A stretch of 64,000 nucleotides of DNA from a virus. Lineage: Duplodnaviria; Caudoviricetes. Shown in pieces: positions 18,422 to 27,717 of the stretch (position 1 is its first letter; the number at the start of each line of letters is the position of its first letter). Under the pieces are notes generated by a model. That model was not told the origin of the DNA, did no database searches, and saw only the letters and a list, made by a program, of their open reading frames with translations. The translations under genes were made by a program, and so were the position numbers. The stretch lies in the IMG/VR virus record IMGVR_UViG_3300021255_001366, positions 1 through 64,000 of that record. The stretch is one strand, 5' to 3'.

Positions 18422-19091
18422 AAGAAAACGTAGGAAGAAAGTACAAACACGCAATCGGCACTTGATTGAAAAGTATCCTTGGTTACTGCCAAGAAATGTT
18501 TGGACTGGCAAAGTTCTAAAAGATTACAATTACATGTTTACAGAGTTTGATGCAATGCCACCTGGGTGGAATAAGGCATTTGGTTTGTTATTAGCTGCGG
18601 ATATTGATGCTGAACTACGGAAATACAATGCTCAAAACACATTTCGTATAGTGCAATTAAAAGAAAAGTATGGAGAAATAAGGCTATATTATAGCGGTGG
18701 CGTTGGCGATATTGATTCAATCATCAATGCGTATTCTTATATATCACAAAGAGTTTGTGTGGATTGCGGCAAATTGGATGTTCCAATGATAAATGATGGG
18801 TGGATGTGCCCGACGTGTTATAACTGTTTTAAAAATAACTTTAGACGCAGAGAGCATTATTTAGCAAAGAGTCGTGCGAAAAACGGATTAGAATTTGCCA
18901 TTACCGATGAGAACACAATCAAGGAAAAGTATGAAAAATATATTTGCGACACTCCAGATGACAATGGTGAGTACAAGCTGCCAACGGAGTATTCATTTAC
19001 ACGTTATAAAGGCGATGAAAAAGAAGTGCACACCGTAGACATATCTGATATAACAGAAAAAATAAGGAGGCGCAGATTATCAAAGGGATAA
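18408..19091 (+). CDS. Hypothetical phage protein
   Basis: GW..QLKEKYGEIRLY..CVDCG; start chosen by GGAGG RBS. Confidence 0.7.
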   Translation: MTKTERKRRKKVQTRNRHLIEKYPWLLPRNVWTGKVLKDYNYMFTEFDAMPPGWNKAFGLLLAADIDAELRKYNAQNTFRIVQLKEKYGEIRLYYSGGVGDIDSIINAYSYISQRVCVDCGKLDVPMINDGWMCPTCYNCFKNNFRRREHYLAKSRAKNGLEFAITDENTIKEKYEKYICDTPDDNGEYKLPTEYSFTRYKGDEKEVHTVDISDITEKIRRRRLSKG

Positions 19092-19414
19092 AAATAACAA
19101 CTGTCGAAGGCGTTGAATATAAGTATCTAATACCAAACACAATGTCGGCTACTTGTGCAAAGAAGTGTTTTCTAAACAACCGCAAAACTGAGGAAATTGC
19201 GGATGTTGAGATAATTCCTTTAGTTGGATTCAAGACTAATATGATGATTAGATAGGAGGAAGAGCCATGAGATTAAGCGATATTGAGGTGTACAACGAAT
19301 TAAACAAGCAAGCTTTGTTATCCGGGATTATAGGTGATCACGCCACGGAGAAAATACTTAAACTAGCTGCGAACAGAATTAAAGAATTGTCTCCAACGAT
19401 GCGATTACAAAGTG

Positions 19415-19455
19415 GTAAAAATGTACCTGACAATATCGGCTAAGTGTGATAGTAT
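19415..19455 (+). promoter_or_regulatory. Sigma-A-type promoter with GTAAAAATG box
   Basis: GTAAAAATG-N3-CTGACA-N17-TAGTAT, TGn. Confidence 0.6.
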
Positions 19456-19473
19456 ATTTTTTGGAGGTGAGGC

Positions 19474-19671
19474 ATGATTAATAATAAAAACATAGCAGAT
19501 GAGTTGAATCGGTTGTATCGCACGGATGGAGTAAACTACATGAAATATGTTCATAATCTCAAGTCTTCTGGCTATAAAGTATATAGGAATTCTGAGAATA
19601 TACATATTGTTAAAGGCGGTGTACCAGACGTGTTCTCTTCTTTGTTCGGATTTGACCTCAAAAAGGAGTAA
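19474..19671 (+). CDS. Hypothetical protein
   Basis: GGAGGTG RBS. Confidence 0.65.
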   Translation: MINNKNIADELNRLYRTDGVNYMKYVHNLKSSGYKVYRNSENIHIVKGGVPDVFSSLFGFDLKKE

Positions 19672-19766
19672 AAATGATATACCAAGAAGAGTGTGAAAAA
19701 TATATAAATCAATAAGGAGGAAAGAGGTTGTGCGCACATTAAACCATGGTTTCCTTCTGAAGAAAA

Positions 19767-20507
19767 TTGAATCAAAACAAAACTTTAAAGAAGATACTTG
19801 TAGCTTGTGAAGAATCACAAGCGGTAACTATTGAATTTAGAAATAGAGGTTTTGAAGCATATAGCTGTGACATTATTGACTGTAGTGGCGGTCATGATGA
19901 ATAGCATATCAAACAAGATGTTCTGCCGTTATTAAATGGCAATTGTACTTTTACAACGTGCGACGGAGTATCGCACACAATAAATGGCAAGTGGGATTTA
20001 ATCATAGCACATCCTCCTTGTACACATCTCACAAACTCAGGCGCTAGACATTTTGAGAAGAAACGTGCCGACGGCAGACAGCGTGAAGGTATTGAATTCT
20101 TCTGTCAGTTCCTAAATGCAGATTGCGACAAGATAGTCGTTGAAAACCCCATGGGGATTATTAGCGGTACATATATCAAGGAATTCTTCCCGGATCTTTG
20201 TGAGAAGTATGGTCTTCCTCGAAAGTACTCGCAGATTATTCAGCCTTGGATGTTTGGAGACAACTTCAGTAAAACGACTTGTCTGTGGATTAAAGGGCTT
20301 CCAAATCTTGTACCTCAAGTAACCGAAAGACCTGAGCTTGAATGGGTTGAGTGGGTAGACAAGAAAACTGGTAAGACAAAGCGCCAAGATAAGTGGTATT
20401 ACGATGCTTTTAAGAACTGCAACCCCGAGGAACGTGCAAGAGTTAGGTCAAAAACATTCCCCGGAATCGCAAAAGCCTTCGTTGAGCAGTGGGGGAAGTG
20501 CTTATGA
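19767..20507 (+). pseudogene. DNA cytosine methyltransferase-like gene interrupted by an in-frame TAG at 19902-19904
   Basis: KILVACEESQAV..GHDE*HIKQD..AHPPCT..VENPMG..KTTCLW..RSKTFPGIAKA, all in one frame. Confidence 0.85.
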
Positions 20508-21418
20508 GAGTGCTTTCCTTATGTGGTGGAATAGAAACTGGTTATCTTGCCTTGAAAAACCTTGGAATACCAGTGGAAGAGTATCATACATTTGAGATAT
20601 TACCTGAAGCCATAGCGGTTTCCTCATATCATTTCCCTGAGATTGTCCATCATGGCGATTTATACAAAGCTGATTGGAATTGGTTTAAGGGATTTGATTT
20701 AGTAATCGGAGGTATGACATGTACTTCTCTCTCCAAGGTTCGTATAGAGGATAAGGCGGTTAACAACGGACTGCTCGGTAAGTCTGGCATTGTTTACGAA
20801 TTATCTAAGGCGTTAGATGTCGTGCAGCCACGATGGTTTATGGCAGAAAACGTCGTCCCGTCACGACAAGAAGACCTTAATGAATTAAACCGTATTATGG
20901 GCGTTAATGGAATACTTATTAACAGCGGTCTCTTCTCTGCCCAAGATCGCCCTAGATATTATTGGACGAACATACCAATGAGTGAGTTGCCGACAAGTAA
21001 TCCTTTGGTTATCAAAGATATCATGGAAGATAATGCCGATGAGAAATATTTCTACAAAAAGGATTTCGAAGTTATTGACATGGATAAGCGTGTTTGTGCG
21101 ACTCTTAAAGTTAATTCCATGGAGATGAATAAGCGTATTTATAATCCGAACTTCAAGTCTCCGACATTAACATGTATTAATTGTGGATATCATGAGAAAA
21201 AAGTGATGGATCACGGCAGACCGAGGAAATTAACTGAAGTTGAGTACGAGAGATTACAAGGATTACCGGACGGATTTACTGACGTTGAGTTGAATGGCAG
21301 AAGATTACCGTATTCAAAACGGTGTAGTATGTGCGGAAACGCATGGACATTGCCAGTAATTGAGTTCATTTTTAGCAAGCTTAATAGAGAGTTATTGATT
21401 AATTATCGGAGGATTTAA
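20504..21418 (+). CDS. DNA cytosine-C5 methyltransferase
   Basis: VLSLCGG, GGMTC (PC variant), AENV, QDRPR, ERLQG, CGNAW. Confidence 0.88.
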   Translation: MRVLSLCGGIETGYLALKNLGIPVEEYHTFEILPEAIAVSSYHFPEIVHHGDLYKADWNWFKGFDLVIGGMTCTSLSKVRIEDKAVNNGLLGKSGIVYELSKALDVVQPRWFMAENVVPSRQEDLNELNRIMGVNGILINSGLFSAQDRPRYYWTNIPMSELPTSNPLVIKDIMEDNADEKYFYKKDFEVIDMDKRVCATLKVNSMEMNKRIYNPNFKSPTLTCINCGYHEKKVMDHGRPRKLTEVEYERLQGLPDGFTDVELNGRRLPYSKRCSMCGNAWTLPVIEFIFSKLNRELLINYRRI

Positions 21419-21419
21419 C

Positions 21420-21929
21420 ATGGGTTGCGACATTCATTTATACACAGAAAAGAAAGTACAGACAAGAGATGGCGATGACGCATGGTTTTGCTGTGATTAC
21501 TTCATGCATAACGAGTCTTACATTTGCGGTTATGCCAAAGAAGATGAACTAAATCATGTAGGAATTTACGACAATAGAAACTATCTGTTGTTCGGGATCT
21601 TAGCAAATGTAAGAAACGATGAGTATATTCCAATTGCAGCACCTAGAGGATTGCCTAATGATGTTTCAGATATTGTTAAGCAAGCTGCTGATGATTGGAT
21701 TGGCGACGGGCATACTCATTCATGGCTTACTGCGGGTGAAATCTTTAAATATTACAATCGGAACAAAGTTGATTGTCGCATTAAGCAAGCCATGAAGCCG
21801 TTAGTTAAAGCAATCAAGAGGAAGATGTGCGAGCAGTTTTGGATACGCACAGAAGATAAGGAAATAAAGAAGCAGCGTTTAAAGCAATTTGAAGACAGTT
21901 TCCGGATAGTTTTCTGGTTCGATAATTAA
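21420..21929 (+). CDS. Conserved-type phage protein
   Basis: MGCDIH..RNY.LF.ILA.VRN..PRGLP.D..HSWL..RIVFWFDN. Confidence 0.75.
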   Translation: MGCDIHLYTEKKVQTRDGDDAWFCCDYFMHNESYICGYAKEDELNHVGIYDNRNYLLFGILANVRNDEYIPIAAPRGLPNDVSDIVKQAADDWIGDGHTHSWLTAGEIFKYYNRNKVDCRIKQAMKPLVKAIKRKMCEQFWIRTEDKEIKKQRLKQFEDSFRIVFWFDN

Positions 21930-21940
21930 GGAGAGCGTGT

Positions 21941-22165
21941 ATGAAGTTATCAGACGTGCTGAAAGAGTGCGGAAATAAGGATTTTGATATGATTGAGTAC
22001 CGCAGTATTCAATCTATTGACTCAGACGACGTGGATACGTTGATGGGGTTGGCATCTTATAAGAATAAAATGTTAGTTTCATTGGACGGTGATTCCTATT
22101 ATCTGAGTGACAATGTGGTTAAATACGAGGTCTACAGACCGAATTGGCTGATTGTGTATGTTTAA
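21941..22165 (+). CDS. Hypothetical protein
   Basis: AAGGAG RBS. Confidence 0.6.
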   Translation: MKLSDVLKECGNKDFDMIEYRSIQSIDSDDVDTLMGLASYKNKMLVSLDGDSYYLSDNVVKYEVYRPNWLIVYV

Positions 22166-22170
22166 TAGCA

Positions 22171-22210
22171 GTACGGCTGTGCAATACATTGTATAGCCGT
22201 ACAATTATGT
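22171..22210 (+). terminator. Hairpin, possible terminator
   Basis: GTACGGCTGTGCAAT/ATTGTATAGCCGTAC. Confidence 0.5.
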
Positions 22211-22276
22211 TTATTAAAATATACGCTATGTTCAACTTTGTCAATAATAATTGACATTAAATTGGAGAATTAACAT

Positions 22277-25200
22277 ATGAAGAGATACAATAATTATCAT
22301 CGTCATTCTCATTACTCATCTATCTTTGGTGGTGTAGGAGACAGTAATGTCAAGCAAAAAGAATACATTGACCGTTGTGTTGAACTTGGGCACACCAATT
22401 ATTTCACAACAGAACATGGAATTCCTGGAGATATTTTTGAGGCGTTTAGTTTATGTGAGCAAAACAATCTACGATGCCTTCCTGGTCTTGAGGGATATGT
22501 TGTTGTAGATAATAATCCTGAACTTAAGGATAAATCTAATTATCATATTATGATTATTCCAACAACAGATAATGCTCGCAAGAAGATGAATTATTATAAC
22601 AGTCTTGCACATATGCAAGGATTTTACTACAAGCCTAGATGGAGCCTATCTTACTTGCTTTCATTTGATAAAGATGAATTGTATATAACAACTGCTTGTT
22701 GCGCCGGACTACTTAAGGATCAAGATAGTATTGAGAGGATTGTTATGCCTTTAATAAATCATTTTGGCGACCATCTGTTACTTGAGGTGCAAAACCATCA
22801 GTTCGATATTCAGAAAGACATCAATAAGAAGGCATTAGCGTTATCTGAAGCGTTTGGTTTAAAGATAATAGCAGCTAATGATTCACATTATATTTATCCT
22901 TGGCAGTCAAAAGAACGCCATGATTTGATGATGGGTAAAAGACAATTGGATCAGAAAACAGATAATGCCGTTGTCGTAGAAGATGAATTTATTCTTGACT
23001 TCCCAGATTATGATGAATTCTTTAAGAGATTCGAACAGCAAGGCGTGTTGAATGAACAACAGATTGAAACAGCAATTTCAAACACTTTAATTCTTGACGA
23101 CATTGAAGAGATTAAATTAGATTATTCAATCAAGATGCCTAATATATATCCAGATGTATCTCTTGACGATAGAATGAAGATGCTTGAAGATTTAGTGTGG
23201 CAGAAATTTGAAGACATAAAACAAGTAGAACATATATTAGAAGAAGATATTCCTAAATATGAAGAAGCAATCAACTATGAACTTCAAATTATTAAGGATA
23301 CTAATGACGAAATACATACGTGTGATTATTTCTTATTCAATACAAAAAATGTTGATTTAGCCGTTAACAAATATGGTGGCGTATTAACGAGAGGTGGTCG
23401 TGGAAGTTGTGCATCGTTTTATACAAATAAGCTACTTGGAATGACGCAACTTGATAGACTAAAAATAAATCTTCCAATATTCCCGGATAGATTTGCAAGT
23501 ACTGCTAGGCTTCTCTCCAATAGGGCAATCCCAGACATAGACTTTAACGTGGAGTCACAAGAACCATTTGTAAAAGCGTCTAAGGAATTACTTGGAGATA
23601 ATGGTTGTTATCCGATGGTTGCATATGGAACAATGCAATTAGGCGAAGCATTTAGAAACGTATGTAGAAGTCATGGAATGAATTTTGATGAATTTAATGA
23701 TGTCGCCAAAAACATAGAAGCATATACGGACGACAAAAAATGGGGAAAATATATTGAAGAAGCAAATCATTATGTTGGAACAATTGTAAGTGCGTCTGTT
23801 CATCCATGTGCACATGTGCTTTCTGATAAAAATCTTTTATATGAATATGGTGTTGCAAAGATTGGCGATTATTATTGTGTATTAATAACGTCGTCAGAAG
23901 CTGATCAGTTTAAGGTATTGAAGAATGATTATCTGATTGTTACTGTGTGGAAATTGATTAATGAGACGTTCAAAGAAATCGGTGAGCCGATTATTAATGC
24001 TCATGATTTATTAGATAAGATTAAGGATGATAATAGAATATGGGATTTGTTTGCAAATGGAATTACATGTACTCTCAATCAGGTTGATTCAGACAATGGT
24101 ATGCAACAAGCAAAGCAGTATGGTATTAAATCATTTGAAGACGGGGCATTAATAGCTGCAGCCATACGTCCTTCGTTTGATGCTTGGCGACCTAAGTTCC
24201 TTAATCATGAAGACTATTCAACAGGATCAAAAGATCTTGATAATGTCTTACAGCAAACACAGCATTATATTTTGTTCCAAGAGAATCTAATGCAGTATTT
24301 TGATTGGCTTGGTATCAGTCCGGCTGAATCAATTGGGTTAATTAAAAAGATAAGTAAGAAAAAGATTAAACCAGAAGACTTTGAAAAACTTGAAGAAACA
24401 CTTAAGAGAAACTGGATTAAACAAACTGGTTCAGAAGACATGTTCGCAGAAACGTGGGAGATGATACAAGGGTGTATGGCTTATGGGTTTGCTAGTCCAC
24501 ATGCCGCTGCAACATCATTAGACATGTGCTATGGAGCATATTTAAAGGTTAATTATCCATATGAATACATGACGGTTTGTCTTAATAATTACGCAGATGA
24601 TGCTGAACGTACTGCAAAACTTAAGAAAGAACTGAAGTATTTTGGCATTTCAATGAGTAGTATCAAGTTCGGATTATCAAGGGCAGAGTATTCATATAAT
24701 AAAGAGCAAAACATAATCATTAAAGGAATAGGATCTATTAAGTTCCTTAATTCGCAAGTAGCAGAGGAATTATACACATTATCTCAAAACCGTGTGTATG
24801 ATAACTTTATTGATCTGCTCGTAGACATTGCAACTAAATCTAGTTGCAACTCACGACAACTTGATATCTTGATTAAGCTGAATTACTTCGAACAGTTCGG
24901 AGAAATCAACCAATTGCTTGAAACCGCTAGGTTGTTCAGCAATCTTTTTACCAAGGCTAAAGGCTACAAGGAGCAGATGAAGAAAAGTACTGCCGAGAAA
25001 AACGGTCTACCGTTAAATCTGTTGCAGAAGTATTCAGAGGAATATAAGCAGTCTAAGGCGAATCCGGACGATGGTAATTACAAAGGCTTGGATTCTGAGA
25101 AATTACTTAAGGAATTCAAGTATATCAAACGCCCTAGATCCATCAAAGAAATCGTTAAGGATCAGCAAGAGTATTTGTCATACATTGAATATACAGACAC

Positions 25201-25507
25201 TTCGTTGTCCCCGAACTATGTGGTTGTTACAAAGTTGAACACAACATACTCGCCATCGTTCGTTGCATATTGTATTAAGACCGGAGATACTTGCCAAATG
25301 AAAGTCCATAAGACGAGAAATCCTAAGAATTCAAAGATATTTGATACGTTTACTAAGAAACCATTTGAAGACGGAGATGTGTTGTTTATGGACAAGTGTG
25401 AGAAGCAGCCAAAGGTTCGTAAGGGCATAGATGGCGAACCGGAGTGGGTTGAAATACCAGGTGAGTTTAATTGGTGGTTAATGAACTATTCAATTGCCAA
25501 ACTGTAA
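22277..25507 (+). CDS. dnaE: DNA polymerase III alpha subunit (C family)
   Basis: PHP motifs HRHSHYS, TEHG, NDSHY; GRGS; PDIDFN; HPCA; YGFASPHA. Confidence 0.95.
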   Translation: MKRYNNYHRHSHYSSIFGGVGDSNVKQKEYIDRCVELGHTNYFTTEHGIPGDIFEAFSLCEQNNLRCLPGLEGYVVVDNNPELKDKSNYHIMIIPTTDNARKKMNYYNSLAHMQGFYYKPRWSLSYLLSFDKDELYITTACCAGLLKDQDSIERIVMPLINHFGDHLLLEVQNHQFDIQKDINKKALALSEAFGLKIIAANDSHYIYPWQSKERHDLMMGKRQLDQKTDNAVVVEDEFILDFPDYDEFFKRFEQQGVLNEQQIETAISNTLILDDIEEIKLDYSIKMPNIYPDVSLDDRMKMLEDLVWQKFEDIKQVEHILEEDIPKYEEAINYELQIIKDTNDEIHTCDYFLFNTKNVDLAVNKYGGVLTRGGRGSCASFYTNKLLGMTQLDRLKINLPIFPDRFASTARLLSNRAIPDIDFNVESQEPFVKASKELLGDNGCYPMVAYGTMQLGEAFRNVCRSHGMNFDEFNDVAKNIEAYTDDKKWGKYIEEANHYVGTIVSASVHPCAHVLSDKNLLYEYGVAKIGDYYCVLITSSEADQFKVLKNDYLIVTVWKLINETFKEIGEPIINAHDLLDKIKDDNRIWDLFANGITCTLNQVDSDNGMQQAKQYGIKSFEDGALIAAAIRPSFDAWRPKFLNHEDYSTGSKDLDNVLQQTQHYILFQENLMQYFDWLGISPAESIGLIKKISKKKIKPEDFEKLEETLKRNWIKQTGSEDMFAETWEMIQGCMAYGFASPHAAATSLDMCYGAYLKVNYPYEYMTVCLNNYADDAERTAKLKKELKYFGISMSSIKFGLSRAEYSYNKEQNIIIKGIGSIKFLNSQVAEELYTLSQNRVYDNFIDLLVDIATKSSCNSRQLDILIKLNYFEQFGEINQLLETARLFSNLFTKAKGYKEQMKKSTAEKNGLPLNLLQKYSEEYKQSKANPDDGNYKGLDSEKLLKEFKYIKRPRSIKEIVKDQQEYLSYIEYTDTSLSPNYVVVTKLNTTYSPSFVAYCIKTGDTCQMKVHKTRNPKNSKIFDTFTKKPFEDGDVLFMDKCEKQPKVRKGIDGEPEWVEIPGEFNWWLMNYSIAKL

Positions 25508-25513
25508 GAAGTG

Positions 25514-25554
25514 GTAAAAATGATATTGACTATATGCCGGCAATATGATAGACT
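25514..25554 (+). promoter_or_regulatory. Sigma-A-type promoter with GTAAAAATG box
   Basis: GTAAAAATG-N3-TTGACT-N17-TAGACT, TGn. Confidence 0.7.
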
Positions 25555-25576
25555 ATAGACACAGGAGGATTTTAGA

Positions 25577-25810
25577 ATGAAAGACAATCTATATGATGTG
25601 TTTAGTGTCGTTCTTATCGTCGGCATTCTTCTGTTAATTCTAAACACAGCAATTACACACAAGAAAATTACCAATTTACAAAAACAAATCGATGAAATAC
25701 ACGCTGAACGCATCGAAGACCAGTTATCTATCAGTAACAGATTTAGAGGTGTTTCAAGCAGAATTAACGATTTGGAACAAGAAGTAAAAATGTTATTAGA
25801 AGAGGAATAG
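25577..25810 (+). CDS. Membrane-anchored coiled-coil protein
   Basis: N-terminal hydrophobic helix. Confidence 0.65.
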   Translation: MKDNLYDVFSVVLIVGILLLILNTAITHKKITNLQKQIDEIHAERIEDQLSISNRFRGVSSRINDLEQEVKMLLEEE

Positions 25811-25813
25811 AAT

Positions 25814-26341
25814 ATGCAAATAATATGTGTATCAGGAAAGGCGGAAGCTGGGAAAACTACGACTGCAAAGGTTGCAAAGACAATCCTTGAGGAAAAAGGT
25901 TTTAGAGTTCTTGTAACAAACTATGCTGGAATCCTTAAATACATCTGCACTGCGTTCTTTGGATGGGATGGTAAAAAGGATGAACAAGGTCGTGAATTGT
26001 TGCAGAGAGTTGGAACTGACATTGTTAGAAAACAAGATCAAGACTTTTGGGTTAATCTTATGAAGTCATTACTCATCATGTTTGATGACGAATGGGATTA
26101 TGTGTTTATTGATGATGTAAGATTTCCGAACGAAATAGAAGTATTGCAAGATAAATTCGACGTATTTAAGCTTAGGATTGAACGTCCGAATTACGAGAAC
26201 AGTTTAACAGAAGCCCAGAGACAACATGAATCTGAGGTTCGCCTTGATGATTATGAATTTGATTACACGCTGATTAACCCCGGAGATGTACGCATTAGAG
26301 ATGTAGTATACGATTTTATTAAAGTGCTGCGAGGTGAGTAA
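25814..26341 (+). CDS. Deoxynucleoside monophosphate kinase
   Basis: SGKAEAGKT, RELLQRVGTD, IDDVRFPNE, HESE. Confidence 0.85.
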   Translation: MQIICVSGKAEAGKTTTAKVAKTILEEKGFRVLVTNYAGILKYICTAFFGWDGKKDEQGRELLQRVGTDIVRKQDQDFWVNLMKSLLIMFDDEWDYVFIDDVRFPNEIEVLQDKFDVFKLRIERPNYENSLTEAQRQHESEVRLDDYEFDYTLINPGDVRIRDVVYDFIKVLRGE

Positions 26342-26951
26342 TTTGAGGGATTTATATGTGGATTATGACGGTGTCATAGTCAACACAATTAAAGCAATAA
26401 CAGAGATGTATGATGATGAATTCCGCGATCACCCAAATTATCGTGAAGTTAATTGGTCTGAGGTTGAGAGTTGGGAGTTCAATGAGTTGAAATGTGCAGA
26501 TGCAGCTCATATAGATGCATATTTCTGCGAACCAAAATTCTTTGAAATAGTAGAGTTTATGCCATGGGCTGATTACATCCTTGGTCTTTTGAAAGAGTAT
26601 TATAACATCACCATCGTGTCTATGGGACATACAGAAAATCTTAAACTCAAGGAAGAGTGGTGTAAATTTAACATTCCGTATGCAAGATTTTGTGGTGTCA
26701 ATTTTGATAATCACGTAAACAAATCCAAGATAGATATGAGATATGGAGTGTTTATTGACGATGTAACCGAGAATCTTAATACTTCAAATGCTATTAAAAG
26801 GATTTGTTTTGGCGATAAATACGCATGGAATCAAGATTGGGAAGGAGTACGATGTGCTAACTGGTTTGATGTCTGGAAAGCAATCGGTAAGCCTGAATGG
26901 AAGGAACAACAAAACAAGAAGAAGTTAAAGCCCGGATGCTTGGATATCTAG
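26334..26951 (+). CDS. HAD-family 5'(3')-deoxyribonucleotidase
   Basis: DYDGV, K..W, FIDD, WN motifs. Confidence 0.82.
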   Translation: MSNLRDLYVDYDGVIVNTIKAITEMYDDEFRDHPNYREVNWSEVESWEFNELKCADAAHIDAYFCEPKFFEIVEFMPWADYILGLLKEYYNITIVSMGHTENLKLKEEWCKFNIPYARFCGVNFDNHVNKSKIDMRYGVFIDDVTENLNTSNAIKRICFGDKYAWNQDWEGVRCANWFDVWKAIGKPEWKEQQNKKKLKPGCLDI

Positions 26952-26993
26952 TGCAGACGGAGATTATAGAACCAACAAAAAAAATAGTGAGGA

Positions 26994-27350
26994 GTGATGT
27001 TTTCAATGTTAACAACGAAGATTATAGGCTATGCCAAAGAGGATGGTCTGACGTACGAGAGTAGTTTTGGAGAGTATAGTGACAAGGAAGGTTTTAAATT
27101 TAATGATTACGGTCGCAAATGTTTAAAGAACGACCCTGATAAATTTATCACAATGTTGTTCGCTGATGAAACTATTTGGTGCGTTAAGGCTCCAGAACCT
27201 AAGCCGAAGAATATGACGCTTTCCGAAATTGAGGATGCGTTAGGATATAAGATTAATTTAGTAAAGAGTAAAAATGAACAGAAGGCGAAGGAACACAAAG
27301 AAACGACGTACCCTTCGTTGGAAGATGTATTCAATGCGCTCTTTGGATAG
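26994..27350 (+). CDS. Hypothetical protein
   Basis: MTLSEIEDALGY motif. Confidence 0.65.
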   Translation: MMFSMLTTKIIGYAKEDGLTYESSFGEYSDKEGFKFNDYGRKCLKNDPDKFITMLFADETIWCVKAPEPKPKNMTLSEIEDALGYKINLVKSKNEQKAKEHKETTYPSLEDVFNALFG

Positions 27351-27358
27351 GAGGATGT

Positions 27359-27550
27359 ATGGATAATAGAAGTGGCGGAATTGGTTGTTTTGGAGTGCTT
27401 GCAATAGTTTTTATAGTTTTAAAACTGTGTAAGTTAATCAATTGGTCATGGCTATGGGTGCTGGCCCCTCTATGGATGCCGTTTGCGTTAGTTTTAATCA
27501 TTGCATTAATAGCCTTGATATATACGAAGGTTAAGGGAGGTAAGTCGTGA
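27359..27550 (+). CDS. Small two-TM membrane protein
   Basis: GGIG..IVFIVLKL..INWSWLWVLAPLW. Confidence 0.75.
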   Translation: MDNRSGGIGCFGVLAIVFIVLKLCKLINWSWLWVLAPLWMPFALVLIIALIALIYTKVKGGKS

Positions 27551-27717
27551 AAGGAGAAATTGAGATCACTAAAGACTTGCAAAACGCATACAAGCATTGT
27601 TGTGAAGAAAACTGCAACAGTAGATGTATTGCAAGTATGTCAAATGGGGATTGCTTCTTCGACTATGTTGGAGATGACACCATGAATGAACTTGAAGAAG
27701 CCGAGGGGAGGTAGAAC

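Noticed and set aside
19902-19904. Genome-wide TAG recoding
   Set aside because: TAG ends several complete genes (ssb, nuclease, dut, int), long genes are not fragmented, and no CUA-anticodon tRNA was found
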